64,000 nucleotides of DNA from Minutocellus sp. GHC0000111 (Eukaryota), in assembly GCA_977018835.1 (NCBI GenBank), contig OZ361258.1:1240001-1304000 (forward strand), written 5' to 3'. Under the pieces are notes generated by a model that saw only the letters and a list, made by a program, of their open reading frames with translations, had not been told where the DNA came from and did not search any database. Positions 1-13,300 of this stretch are shown here, piece after piece. The number at the start of each line of letters is the position of its first letter. Within the stretch, counting starts at the first letter, position 1. The position numbers and the translations under genes were made by a program.

Positions 1-870
1 CCAATGCACGGTAATCCGATAGCGAATAGCAATTGCCAAGTGGATCGGTTCGGTTCGGTCAGGGTCAACACGTGTGATCAATCATTCAATTGAGGGGCAA
101 CGACGAACCGAGATAAATTATTAGCCGACAAACCGTCAAAAATGGAACCAAGGCAAGATACCGCGCGCAGAGAATGTGCCACGAGTTTGGGTTGGTGGCG
201 ATTTCATGGTAAGTTCATCGTCAAAGAGAGAAGAGACAACAAGAGAAGGGGGGGGTGGAGGGTTGGGTGAGTGGTTGCTTTGCTTGCGTCGGCATTTTTG
301 GTGGACGAGTGAGGTATATAAACTTTTATACGGATCTGAATATTTTTCAATGTTCGTTTGGTCCCGATTTTGCCTGATAAACGGCCATGAACGAGGGGAG
401 AGGCTGGGGAGTTGTTGTTGTTGATCGTCCGCTCGGTGCGCTCAATGAAACGCCAACCATGGCGGCGGTGCAATGGGTACCGGGAGTACGATGGCGGTGG
501 GGTGCGATGCTCATCCCAGGCTTGCGCATCGACTCAACAAACAAATCGTGCCAGTGAATGTTGATTCCCAGCAATGCCCACGATGTGCCAGTATCTCGTG
601 CCCCGACAAAAAAATGCCCCGGACGACTTTCACTTCGTCGCGTCGCCCCAATCGGAGCGCCGACAACATACCGCATCATTTGCACTTACCCTTGCACATT
701 CCGGAGCCATTGTCGATGACAAGGGCGGCGATATCCTCTTCGTCAGCCATGGTTAGTTATTGGATCGTTTGCAGGTCTTGCGTTCAAAAGTGAGCTGGAT
801 GCAAGCTGGAAGGCCAAACTTTCCGGGTTACGAATGACTGTGCGAGGTCGGTCAAAGTAAAACATGAAAA

Positions 871-2778
871 ATGGGACCGGCGACCTCGCACCATCGCATG
901 CTCGCAGCGCAGCCACATCTCGCAAGAAGCAGCCGGAAGCCGGAAGCCAAGAAGAAGCTTGCTGGAAGTAGCTTGCTTGGTGCCTGCAAGGGCGTATGCC
1001 GCATGCATAAGAGGTCTCCCATCAAACATGACATGACCCGCAACTGTACGACGTCAGCTCTTGGCGCCGGTGGCGGCACGTTCCCGTCGGCGCAGTCTTC
1101 ATCTTTGTCGACGACCTTCGCCTCGGCCTCCTTCGTCGTGGTCTGGCCCTCACTCGTGCTGGCCCTCACTTCGATTGCGATTACATGTGCCGTCGTCAAT
1201 ATCAACGATGCGTCTTCTTCTCAGAGCAAATACTCACCGCCGCATAGGAACGAATGGGGCGGGCGCGGTTTCCTGGCCCAGATTGGTCTGCTGGTCTGCG
1301 CGACCGTCCTTCATGCATCGTCCATCTGGAGGTCTCAGCGTGACGAATCTTTCTCTTTCAACGCCGACGCCACATCGAAAACCGGTAATGATGATATCCC
1401 TCCAGATCCACAAGCAGTACTGAATGCGTCGGTCTTTCTAAAAATTTTCGTCAACATCGTGTTTCATTTGGCTGCTGTATCTTGGAATGAGTATCACAGC
1501 AGCACCATCACCGCCAAGTACCGCTATTGTCATGTCTCGACAGACACAACGCGCTCGATATCGATCGCCAACCTGGGTCCAGTGGTTTATTCAATCCTTC
1601 CGATTATGGAAAGTAGAGGGAATGGCAAGGCAAGGAACCTACACAATTACAATCAATGGCACATGGCGATGGTGTCTTATGTTTTGGTCCTGCTTGTCGC
1701 ACAATTCCTCCAAAGGCTGATAAAGAAGCGGCGGGGACAGCGCAGTGTTCTGGCTGGGATACCGTTGGCCAATGGTTACGCACATGTGGGTGATGGCGAA
1801 GGAGCAAGAGCAACGATGCCACCCCCGCGTCCTGATAGATGGCACGAATGGTCTGCCGAAGAGGTGTCCGATTTGGTGTCGTCTCTGCCTCAGTTGGGGT
1901 CTTCCGGTCCAAACAGCATGGCTTATAATGATGGTTTCAGCATCGGGCGGTCGAAATTCAAATCCAGAGAAAGCAACCAACACTATGCGTCGCTTCTGCG
2001 CGAGGAATGCGTCGACGGCATGGCTCTAGCCGGTATGTCAATTGAGGCCCTGCGATCTTTTGGCATCCCGTATGGCCATGCCAAGGCATTGCGGAGAACT
2101 ATTGACTCCGAGTTGGTTTCACGGTATGGCATCGGCGATTTGCAACTGAATGGGGATGCGTTGCGACATAATGGAACTTTGTTGGATTCGAGTACTTCTA
2201 CTATGGAAGGAAGATCCGACGTGCCTTCAGCGTACGAAGGAGCCGCAACCCTCGTGGACAAAATCGATCCGGACATGGCCGAAAAGGCGAGCGAGTTGTT
2301 TGCGGAGCGTTTCGGGGGGATGAAGCTCGCAAATTTTGAGACGGGAGAATCTTCCACCGCGTTGTCAGGAGTTTCTCAAAGTGACCCAACGAGACAAAAG
2401 GTGGGTCTAGTAGGTGACAGCAGCGTGCTTGATACTGTTGAGGAAGAGGGTGTGGGTGTGGGTGGTGTGGGAGGGGATGAACAGCACGCAAGTCCAGTGC
2501 CACCACCATCTGCTCAACTCAGTGAGGCCCTGCTTTCGTCCTTGCCACGCAACGTGAGGGAGGTTGCCATGCGAAGGCCGGAGCTCTTTCGCACCATGCT
2601 TCGGAATCGTGGGATTGGTGCTGCCGGTGCTGGCGTTGCCAACGACAGTGCACCGGTTGCCGCAGGCAGCGGCACATCTGAGATTGAAATGGCTTTGCAT
2701 TGGGCTGATGATGATGACGATGAGGAGGCTTCATCATCAGACATGGTTGGGCTGCTGCGAAGGAGGTCACCTCGGTGA
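871..2778 (+). CDS. Membrane protein with a SAM (sterile alpha motif) domain
   Basis: 635-aa ORF with several hydrophobic segments, then WHEWSAEEVSDLV...YASLLREECVDGMALAGMSIEALRSFGIPYGHAKALRRTID, a SAM-like pattern. The start may be a downstream ATG. Confidence 0.65.
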   Translation: MGPATSHHRMLAAQPHLARSSRKPEAKKKLAGSSLLGACKGVCRMHKRSPIKHDMTRNCTTSALGAGGGTFPSAQSSSLSTTFASASFVVVWPSLVLALTSIAITCAVVNINDASSSQSKYSPPHRNEWGGRGFLAQIGLLVCATVLHASSIWRSQRDESFSFNADATSKTGNDDIPPDPQAVLNASVFLKIFVNIVFHLAAVSWNEYHSSTITAKYRYCHVSTDTTRSISIANLGPVVYSILPIMESRGNGKARNLHNYNQWHMAMVSYVLVLLVAQFLQRLIKKRRGQRSVLAGIPLANGYAHVGDGEGARATMPPPRPDRWHEWSAEEVSDLVSSLPQLGSSGPNSMAYNDGFSIGRSKFKSRESNQHYASLLREECVDGMALAGMSIEALRSFGIPYGHAKALRRTIDSELVSRYGIGDLQLNGDALRHNGTLLDSSTSTMEGRSDVPSAYEGAATLVDKIDPDMAEKASELFAERFGGMKLANFETGESSTALSGVSQSDPTRQKVGLVGDSSVLDTVEEEGVGVGGVGGDEQHASPVPPPSAQLSEALLSSLPRNVREVAMRRPELFRTMLRNRGIGAAGAGVANDSAPVAAGSGTSEIEMALHWADDDDDEEASSSDMVGLLRRRSPR

Positions 2779-2842
2779 TTATCTGGCAAGCGTAAGAACC
2801 ACAGTTCAGAGTGATTTCACGAGAGAGCAGTCGCGTCGTAAA

Positions 2843-2929
2843 CATTGTACCAACTTCCTTTTATTGATGATCCTTACTCAGAAGGGTATTGTAGACCATA
2901 ATCAACAATAAAAGGAAGTTGGTACAATG
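2843..2929. repeat. Perfect 24-bp inverted repeat (87-nt hairpin)
   Basis: CATTGTACCAACTTCCTTTTATTG (2843-2866) is the exact reverse complement of CAATAAAAGGAAGTTGGTACAATG (2906-2929). The spacer is 39 nt. Confidence 0.9.
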
Positions 2930-4655
2930 ATCTTGGTGCTCTTTTAGCACATGATATAGATACGGTATTAGAGTGTTTCTTTTGGTACACTATTGTTTGA
3001 AAATTTATTTTTATGTCGTAGAATACACTTGTGCTGTTTCAAGAAAGAAAAAATACATCAAACTTTATAACGAAACAAAACCCATTTCGTTCAACGAATG
3101 GGGCCACAACATGTGTCGCCGACGTGCCTCCCATTGAGAACAATCAAGACTACGGGGCACCATACCCTTGTAATAGCCTTTCACAACACTGTGGTGCAGC
3201 AGGAGACTTGCAATTACTTTTTTGAGCCTTGAAAAATTCGTTCGCGTTAGACCCGATTTTTTCGACAGTTTCCGACGTTCCATCACGACCATGTTCGCCC
3301 GATGTACAGCACCACCCCGGCCATCGCATACACTCTGACCACCTAGATGCCTTCCTGAATATTACTGGAAAGGATTTTTGGGCGATAGCGGTGCGTCGGT
3401 GCGTGCCTGTACCGCGAAATGTGGCCCAGCGCCATTACCACCCCCATTACACCACCCATCCGAAAGTTGGTCCGGATGCTTTTATGCGGTCCATGCACCA
3501 CTTCCGTTGCACTGAGCCGTCGACGCTTCACCCATATATATATACCAAGCGCATTTGAGTGGGGGGTGGTGGCATTTCTTGACAATTCATAGAGAAAACT
3601 ATTCCCAAAGTCGTCCCGTGTCTGATGTCGGCGGCACCAGATTTCACCTTCATTGCTTCTGCCGCCCGAGAGGAACGAAACCGGAGAAAGCGGCCAAACC
3701 AACACGTGAGATCGATGGATGTAATATAGAATGAGCATCGTGCGTGCTGATATTGCGTGAAGGAACAGTGGTTGAGGCTTGAAGGGGGTTGTAGTTGGGG
3801 ATTTGCTACTTTCAGATGTTTTTGCTTTCCATGGTGACGGCCACAATGATACAAAGATGGGGCCCAATATCGACCCTCTGGCGCAAACTTGCTCCCAATA
3901 TTACCCAAGTGAAAGTAATGCCGGTCAGGGAGGATTGAAATGGATGTAGACAAGCATCAGCCATCATTCTTTGCCATTTTGAGGGTAAAAAAATATTGAA
4001 AATTTCTGGGCATGAGGAGATGTTGCTAAAATAGCACATGATGTACGAATGAGTTTGCTTTCAAGTATGCAATACTCACCTAACGCATGTAGTTGGCGCA
4101 TGCATCGGTTGGCTTGGAGTTATTTATCGTTATACCATCATTTGGTGGCCTTCTTGTGGAGATGAATTCTCCTTGCTTTCGCCGTGTTGAGAGAGGCAAT
4201 TAAGTGGGTTCATTTTTGCGCTGCATAAAGTATCGCACAAAAAAATTTCCTAGTGCCTTACTATTTACGGCGATTTTGTCGGCTGTCTCGTGGAATCACT
4301 CTTCAGCGTTTTTGCTCTTTGCGTAGAGGTTTTTAGATGTATTTCGGGAATGATAACGTGAGTATAGTCAGGGATCCATATAGGAATTCCTACTGTACTA
4401 CTTGAATTGCTTGCTTGCACTGATAAGATGTGCCATCGTCGTCGTGACGTTGTTGGCCGTCCCGGCGTTTCGAAGTCCCACCCGTACCCAGCCACTTCCA
4501 CTTGGGCAGCGTCTTTCCGTCGAGATTCCCTTTAGCGTTCGAATTGCCATCATCGCCGAAGAACCACTGAAATCTGAAATCCTTCTCGCATCCTGAAAAT
4601 CCAGCAAGCAACAGAAGCACAACAGAGGCCACCCCCAACTCCAGAACCAGCAGTC

Positions 4656-5143
4656 ATGGCCCGAGGACGACGAGGCAGCGGGGGACGCTCCTCCCCCAAG
4701 AGGAGGGAGGACTGCCCCCCTCAGAACAGCAAGAAGATGAGGCACTCGCACCTTCCCAAGACTGGCGGCGCCGGTGACGACGACCCGCTGCCGCTGCCGC
4801 CTCCTTCTTCTCCCACCAAAAATACCAGTACCAGTTGTAGCACCGGTGGGACTGCCGCCTCCAACAATAACAACAACAATCCCAACAAGAAGCAGAAGAA
4901 GAAGCGCCATTCGCATCCCCCCCGCCGGTCCGTCAGCCCTCCGCCTCCCGGCCGAGCGCGGACATCGGTGCATCCTGCATCGCCGTCATCGACGTCGTCC
5001 AGGCCGGCGGCAGCATCTTCCAATTCCGCCATCCGAAGCAGCCGCAGCCGCAGCACGTCGCCTTTGCCCCGCGCGCGGCCGGTGTCGGCGGCCGACCCCC
5101 GGTGCCGCCCGATCGGCGCCCTGATCAACCTGGCCTCCATCGC

Positions 5144-5174
<31 letters not shown>

Positions 5175-7400
5175 GGTGCCACCCGCGGCGCCCTCCGCCT
5201 GCCCCCCACCGGCATAATGGGGACCATCCACCTCTCCCCCAAGGATGCCAGTGGCATTGCCGACGAGCTGCCGCTGGCGTACGTTCTCGTTAGGCAGATC
5301 GTCGAATCCCTCGCGCCGCACTGCTACGTCCCACACCTCATCGACCGGTCCATGCCTCCGTTAGAGCCTGTCCACGACGGTGGCAACGACAATATCAATG
5401 GCAATGCGAATGCGAATGCTTCGGCACAGCAGCAGCAGGCAGGGAGGATTCCCGACATCGTCAAGGTCCTCTACGGGTGCGACGCCAGCACGTACCTCCT
5501 TCTCAACCGCCGGAGGGTCCTGCAGGAGGATGACAACGATGACGATGATTTGGTGGCAGAGGAAGATATTGAAATCCGCACGGTCCACGTCACCCTGCGC
5601 CTGGGCCTGTTCAGCGACCGGCCTGCCACCGATACTACCAGCACCAACACTACCAACAACAGCAGTCATCTGCACACACTCATGCCGCACTGTCCCGTCT
5701 CCATGGTGTACGATGCCCTCACCGACCGGTACGGAACACCCCTCCATCGCGTCACCGGCCAACTGCTGCCGCCCAAGATGCTCGACGTGGAGATTGGGAC
5801 CGACGTGCCCATTGGGGTGGAGCGGTGCGGACCCCCCTCCTCGGAGGAGGGAGAGGGGGGTGGTATTGACGATGGCGGCGGTGGTGGATGCGCCGTCTAC
5901 AACGAGGACGTGCACGGGTACGAGTTGAAGTATACTCCGAAGGAGACGGGCGGTACCAGTAGTGCCAGTGGCAGTCCTCCGCGACGACGCACCGTCCAAT
6001 CTCTGCGGCGGCTGCGTTCGTTCGAGCTGCACCGGGTGCGGGACGTGTACGAGCGGGTGTTGGAGAGTAAGGAGAAGACCCTGATCGAGGCGCGCGGGGT
6101 GGCCCAGGCCGTGGCCGAGGAGGTGGCCCAGGAGGTGGCGGAAGAGGTGCTCCATGCCGCCGCCGCCGCAGTTGTCACCGGTGCTGATGCCAGTACTGCA
6201 TCGGAACCAATGGACATTGTCGTCAAGGAGGAAGAGAATACGATGGAGGAACAGGTGGAAGAAGGAAAGGAGGTTGCTACCGACAACAACAATAACCAAC
6301 AGCGAGCTGACGCTGATATGGAGGAATCGGTCGAAATGGACGAGCCGGAGTTCAGTCAGGATGGAGTTTCGGAATCTGCCACCAAGGCCCTCGCGGACAT
6401 GAACGACGTCACTGCCGCGAGCGGCAGCAGCGCCGAGGAGGAAGAGGAGGAGGAGTCCGATGGTCCGTCGGCCAAGTCGGCCGAGGATCTCATCAACCGC
6501 TTTGAGGCCGCCGCTTCTGCGGACGACAATGTCTCTGGTGAGGAAGAAGATAAGGACAAGGTCGACAGTGCTACCGACGATTCAAAGACCGACGCCGAAC
6601 AGGAACAGAGCAGCGAGAAGGAGGGTGCGGAACGAGAGAATAATGCATTGGAGGCAAAAGACAAGGCAGGCAGCAATGACAAGAGTGATGATGATAGCTC
6701 GACCACGAGCAGCAGCAGCTCGGACTCATCCTCGTCTTCGTCCTCGTCTGATTCATCCTCTTCGAGTACTGCTGTGGCCGAAAATATGGGCAACAACGTT
6801 CCTCCCAAGCCACCGGCGGAAATATCGCTGTCCTCGGTAGAAGACAACAATGACAAAAATGTAGACGAGGAGGCTGCTAGCGCCCCTATCATTGGCAATG
6901 ATGCCAAAGACGATAGTGTTGTTCAGAAAGGCATTCCGGAAGAGGCTTCGCAAGGGGACGCAAAGATGAACAAGGAGGTTGCTGATGATAGCATTGGCAA
7001 CGAGGTCTCTGAACCAAAGAATGCCAGCGACAACCCGATCATTGAATCTCTTGATCAAGTCATTGCCGATCAGGCCAAGCGCGATGACGGCGAAAAGGGC
7101 CAAAACTGTGAGGATGATGACAGTAGCTCTTCTTCTTCATCTTCCAGCAGTAGCAGCTCGTCCTCGTCATCTTCCAGCAGTAGCAGCTCGTCCTCATCCT
7201 CTTCCTCGGACAGTTCCTCAAGTGATGAGTCGTTCACTGCTGTACGTGCCACGCCGAGGCAGGCATCTAGTCAGCCTTTGGCCGGCCCAAACGGAACAAC
7301 TCGGAGAAAGCGCACACCGCTGGTAAAGCCTGGTACCGACTTCTTGGCAATTGTTCGGCAGGGTTTGTCGCAAACTGGCGGAGGAGGTGGATCTCAGTGA
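4656..7400 (+). CDS. Hypothetical low-complexity protein (basic N-terminus, acidic/Ser-rich C-terminus), possibly nuclear
   Basis: 914-aa uninterrupted ORF with a KKQKKKRH NLS-like motif, a short globular middle region and poly-Ser tracts. Confidence 0.65.
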
Positions 7401-7541
7401 ATGTAGCAATGACACTCGTTATCGTACATAGGTTTCGATGCTAGGATCACTAAAAATAATTTTCTCTAGATTTTTGAGTATCGCATTTCACCATTCGAGA
7501 TGGTCATAGCCGTTGGGGCAAAAGATGTGATCTTACATATA

Positions 7542-9255
7542 CTGCGTAAGTAGTATTTATATTGCGTTAGTCTACATCCCCGGTGCTAGCGGCGATCACT
7601 CTAAGAGTGAAGGATGCACTAAGGCAACGCCCCCACCGATTGCGGCAGGAGCAGACCATTGAAGGTTTGTCCTTCAAGGTTAAATAGCTGGAAACCCCCG
7701 CTTGGGAGGAACAGCTGTGAATAATGACCATGCTATGTGTCTAACCAGTGTAGGTTTGACCTTGTGTGTTGTGACCTTTTTAGGTCCGTCCTGTGATAAT
7801 AAATATAAATTGGGAATTTCAATGAAAAAATTTTGTGATGATTGTTTGGGCATTGTCGGCATCGAGGCACTTCAAGTCTCCGTGCTTTGCTTTTATTGCA
7901 AGGAAGATCGTCCTGAGCCAGGTATGCTTGATAGATGGGTGTAGATTGATGCAGTCCTCGAGGGAGAAGGCTTCGAAGAGGCACAAGCTACTGGGTCGAA
8001 CGAAGTCGCTGGGGCTTCGGTACAATTGTCTGATGCGATTGTCCATCTTTTCGATGTTAATGTTGATGTTGGCGTCGTGGAGGATGCCGTTACGGTACTC
8101 CCAGATGGCGTGGAAGAATTGCCATGCGCTATTGATGAGGGCAGTTTGGAAGGTATGTGTTGATAGCATGTTCGAGGCGAGATCTGCTTCTTGATAGTAT
8201 TCACCTTGGGCTTTTCCCCAGTGTCGTGAGGTTCGGCCGCGGACCAGCATTGCACGGTATCGATAGCTTCAACCATCTTGGGGGAGAATGGGTGTCGAGT
8301 GCGGCCCCGCCGTCTGCAGCGTTTGCCTGCACACCTGCACGCTGCGATGAGGTCTCTTGCAATCGCGTTGTACTTCGTCTGTGCATCGTTGCATTCCAAG
8401 GATTGCTCGACTTCGTTGAATCTATCGAACAGATATTCAGAAACCACGCTCTGCAATTGCCGAATGATACGTTCCTGGCTGTTACTTCAATATCGTACTT
8501 GCCATTAGCGGAGACATTGAGGTCACACACTTCGGTGATTTCCTTCGCAATGTCTTCGTACAAGGGGAGGCTGGCATGAACGCGGAACATGAAACCGATG
8601 GGGACCGTGCGCAAGGCCGAGGTGTTGTTCATTTTCATGAATATCTCCCTGTTCGTTTTCGTCAGGAACTCGGTCACACCCTTTCTCTCCTTAATCTGTC
8701 GCAACGTGATAGTAGATCGGATACCGACGTGGCCTCTCATGATCGTTTTGCCAGTGCTGCGCTCGACACGGGTGTCGCCCTCATGGGCGTAGAATTTGAA
8801 CTGATCTTTGGGGATATTGAACACATCGTCGGCCGACTTGTCAGCCCATCCGACGCAAGGGAGATCCTCTCCACCTGGGAGGAGAGGAAGGGGGGCGAGC
8901 TGGACCTCGGGGCAGTTCTTGGTGATAGTGTTGGCCCAGTCTTGTACGCGGCCTTGGAACGATGGCATCGGCTTGCCATTGCGGATCCAATCCGATACGT
9001 TGAATTCGATCGTAATCGCGCTGTGCTGAATCGTTTCACCTGCGGTTTGGCCAGCAGCACCGCGATGGGTGTTGCTACCGCCCCGGCCGCCGCGATGTCC
9101 TCCTGGGCCGCCGCTATTGCCATTAGCGGGGGGTTGGGTGGACGTCATCTTGGCGGTAGGTAGGAATCCGTTGGTAGTGTAGGTAGAAAAAATACCGTGT
9201 GCTACGTAGAATTACTGTTGTTTGTCACTTGTACTCGACTCAAAAGCTTGAGGAG
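7542..9255 (-). mobile_element. Internally deleted non-LTR retrotransposon derivative (Ambal-like by resemblance), 1714 bp
   Basis: Flanked by the 16-bp direct repeat TGTGATCTTACATATA (7526-7541 and 9256-9271). Contains an ORF1-like N-terminus (ATG 9148), a post-endonuclease ORF2 piece (CRRRGRTRHPFSPKMVEA...W) and an ORF2 C-terminus (WGKAQGEYY...LINSAWQFFHAIWEYRNGILH; stop 7819), in three frames. No RT core is present. Confidence 0.75.
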
Positions 9256-9304
9256 TGTGATCTTACATATAATTTCCGTCTGATTGGGCATCTTGGCATC
9301 CTAA

Positions 9305-10100
9305 TCAGTCATCGAAGCCACCACCCTTTGATCCACCCTTTCCTTTGCTGCCGCAGCAGCGATAGACAGCAGGCTGATCCTTAAAGCATTCGTCGTCATT
9401 CCACATCTTCATGTCGGCTCGGTCGCCGTCCATCTCCAGGCACAAGGCGCCATTGGGATCAACAGCGGCGCCGGAAGGTTCGCCGTTGACCCAGTTGAAG
9501 TAGTCCATGCATGTCCCGTCGCTCCAGACCCACTCGTTGGGGTTGGTTGACACATCGAGACCACAGGGAGGAGTACCGCCGATCCAGGCATCAACTCTAC
9601 CACCCTTTGACTGTCCGGCGGCAGCTGCGGCGAAAGCATCTTGCTGCTCCGTGTCGGAGTGGATCGACGCTAGATGGCAGCCTCCTTCTTTGGCGATGGC
9701 CTCGTGGTCGGGCCATGAAAGCTCCTCTGGATTGAAGACGAAGGTTGGATTGGAACAGGCCTTCTTGCATCCCTGCAGTATTTCGTTTACACACATGCAC
9801 GCATATAGAGAGAGGGAGAGAAATAAGATTTTTAGCATTTCTGGTGCAAACAGTTGAAATATCACAAATAGTTGTTACCTTCGCGCGCTTTGTTCTGCTC
9901 ACCTTCCCATGACAGCCTCCCCCTTTTCCTCCGCCTTTCCCTTTCCCTTTACCACCACGAATGCGCTGCTCTGTCGCCAAAGCGCCAACAGCAACAGACG
10001 GCGCATCATCATTGATGGCCCCCGCCGACGCCAAGCTCGAGGAAAAGACAGCTAGAGTCAGTGCGGAGATAGCGACTGCATTGAAAAAGAATCGGACCAT
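9305..10100 (-). CDS. Secreted C-type lectin domain protein with Gly/Lys-rich flanks (intron 9773-9902)
   Basis: Signal peptide MVRFFFNAVAISALTLAVFSSSLASA. CTLD motifs HLASIHS, WIGG, WVWSDG, YFNWVNGEPS, WNDDEC. A GT-AG intron joins the frames. Confidence 0.85.
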
Positions 10101-10378
10101 GGTTGCGTTATTGGAAAAAAGCGGTTGGAAAAAGAGTAAGAAGTGAGCTGAGTTCCGCGTGCAAAGGCAATGGTGTGGCACAGTCTTTGGCGATTGAGAG
10201 GTCGGCACACATGTTCACTTGAAAATCCAAACGGCTTTATTATTATGTGAAAGCTTATACATTGCTCCTTCAGCATCAGACACCCAGAAACTACATGTAG
10301 GATTTTCGACAATTGGATATGACTTGACACAAGCTCGCTCGCTACTAGTAGAAAGTCGGACTTACAAAAAATCTGTAT

Positions 10379-13300
10379 CTACTCGATGGTCGAAAGAAGC
10401 AAGAAGTCAACATCATCGACTTTCCTGTGAGCCCCCCATGCCTCATACAAATCTCGGGATAGCTCCATATAATTGCGTGCCAGACCGACATTTCCATGCT
10501 CTAAATAAAAGAGAGCGGCTCGTTCGCTGGCCAATGCTTGTTCGTTGATGAATCGGTGCTCCTTGGCGGCCTCGATGGCCTTGTCGTAAGCTGTAGCGGC
10601 TGCTTCCACATCGCCATATGTAAATGCCCTCTCTGCTTCAAGAAGAAAGTACTTTTGTTCAAAATTCCACTTGGAATCATTCTCAGACAAACCCTTCATC
10701 TCATTCGTCAATTCGTCTCCGACAGCTTGCCAATCCGCATTATTGTCGCCGACATCACCTCGTCGTTTTATTGAGTATGCTGCAAGGCCCAGATAAAACT
10801 TCTCCAGCAAAAGCTCCAAGGTTGGATAAAATTTACTTTCCGCCAGGTGCTTCTTTACATTCAAAGCCATTTCCAGTACCACCTCGTGACGCCGGAACAA
10901 ATAAGCAAGATATAAGCGAGCGAAGTCTGCTTTTCGTACCAGTCGTTTGTAGTAAATATTCGATTGTGGCAATGTAGACAAAATGTCCTTTTGATTTGTC
11001 GCATCTCCTATCAGGATTGTGGGGTCGGTGTCATTTTGTATGCCACATGGCGTAATGAGATTTAGCAGCAGCTGCAAGTATATCGTCGCATTATGAAGAT
11101 TTGGGTGGCCGGAAGAAATGGCGCTTCCATGGCACTCAATTAATATTCTCCTTCCAGCATGCAACATGCTGACCGGTGCAAAAATATATAGCGGAGAGGG
11201 AAAAGTTTGATGAAGAAGCGCGGAGTCAACATCACCAACAGCCGTGGCATTGCGAGAAGCTCTCTCATGCGAATCCAAACAGGCATGCCAAGGCTGGCGG
11301 TAAGGATAAATGGATATGTTGCAAGCAAGGATCACATCTGGTGCGTACGCTCCGTGGAATCTGTCCTGCAATGCCATTGCTATCTGAGCACATGCGGCCG
11401 ATCGGTCTCGGAAGCCCATTGTGCACAATACGTTTGCGTATACCGCGAATGCAAAAGAAGCCTCACTCGTTAGTGATCCCTCCATGACAGTCTGAACCAT
11501 CTTGCAACCAACCAGAGGCACCAAAGTAGGATTCGACACATAAAATGTCTTGGTCAAATTGAAGAGAAATCTCATTGTGAACGCGACAGAATCATTGCTG
11601 TCTTCAGACAGTGCGCTAGTAACAATCTTCTGCAAGTCAGTCGACGACAGCAAGTGCTCTGTCCGTTCGACTTCGGATATTATTTTCTCTCGAGGAATCG
11701 GCACTTCTATCGATGGCAAAGAAACCCCTAGCTCTTCTAGCACAGACAATGCCTCCTGACAGGCCTCTTTGGACCGACTTTGGACGTACAGAGCGGTATA
11801 GATAGTGAGGTGAGCTCTCAGCTTGTCTTTCAGACTTCTTCCGTGCACAATGACAGCGTTGGCGGAGATTATGGCTCCATCGTAGTTCTCCTGGGCAAAT
11901 TGAGCCTCCGCACACGTCGTAAAGATATCCAAACATAGCCTGTAGTTGTCATTCCAGTCTTCGTTTGAGAGCAAGACGCTGCCCTGGAGTAGATACAATG
12001 ACGCCTCGAAGAACGACGATGATGCAAGGGTCCGTTGACCCACTTGTAGATTCAATTCGGCCAGCTTCAGTCTCTCGTCGTGATCTTCGATCAGGTCGAC
12101 TCCTCGATTTATTTGGTCAACAGTCAAGTGCAAGTGAACGTCCAAATGTTCGCGAGATGAAGTACGTAAGGCATGAAGCAGCCGCCGACCAATTATTAGA
12201 TGCATACTTTCTCGTTCTGCAATTGGAGTCAACGAGAGTGCTGCCTCCCATATACTATCGTGAGCAAAGCGAAGCTCTGCCTTGTCGACGCAAACCAACC
12301 CATCGTTGATGAGAGTGTCAATGTGCGCCAAGATTCCAGAGCCATCTCCGCCTCCATCGGTACCTGCTTCGAACATCTTAGAGCGGAAGCATCAAATCTC
12401 CTTCCCATCAGGGCTGCAACTTGCAGCATTCTCTGTACACCAGGACCATACTGGGTCATCCTCTCCAACAACAACGAGACTGCGTTATCTGGAATATTCT
12501 TGGATCGGATTGCGGCGAGATCCCAATGCCATCGGCGAGCACTCGGTGAATACTGAAGTAATCGTTCGTCATGGAGGGATTGTAGCAGTTGTTTTGCGAA
12601 ATTTGGGTTGCCGCCCGATTTCTTGTGAATTTCTCGAGCAAGGGGAGCCGTGATGCGCGGTAGCAGATGGAGCGTGTCACTCAGAAGCTCGTTGATTGAC
12701 TTCCTTTCAATGCGCTCCAAAAAGATTTGCCACATTGGAACTCCCGCAAAGGATATGTCGCCTAAATACTCCAGCAGAGGATGGTCTGTCTGGACCTCGT
12801 TATCGCGATAACAACCAACAAAGAGGCACGATTTCGTCGCAGTGTCTTTTACAAGCTTGGTGATGAGAGACAAGGATTCGACATCGGTCCACTGAAGGTC
12901 GTCGAACAAGATCACGGTAGGATGCGAAGGCGCCGATATTGCTCTGACAAAAGCCTGGAGACAACTGAGAAGGAGGTGGTATCTCTCCTTGTTGTCGACG
13001 GTTCGGAGTGACGATGAACAATCGCCAATCATTGCTGAAAGATTCGGCATCTGGCTTAGTAAGATTTGACCGAAGGAGCCAAGGGCAGCCTTCACAGTGC
13101 CACCAACTTCATCGAGTAAATCGAGAACGCCTTGCAGATCCTGACAGTATTGGTCCAATGCTCGGAAGATTGATGGCAAAGATTGGTTGTCCTTCTTGTC
13201 AAACTTGATTTGTATCAATCTTCCCCGTCGTTCTTTGAGGGGGTTGATGAGGGTCTCCACGAGAGAAGTCTGCATCGAAATTAGACAGAATTTGTGTTAG

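Noticed and set aside
2940..4270. Possible non-autonomous TE in the long intergenic region
   Set aside because: No TIR pair or TSD could be found, and the short ORFs show no recognisable motifs.
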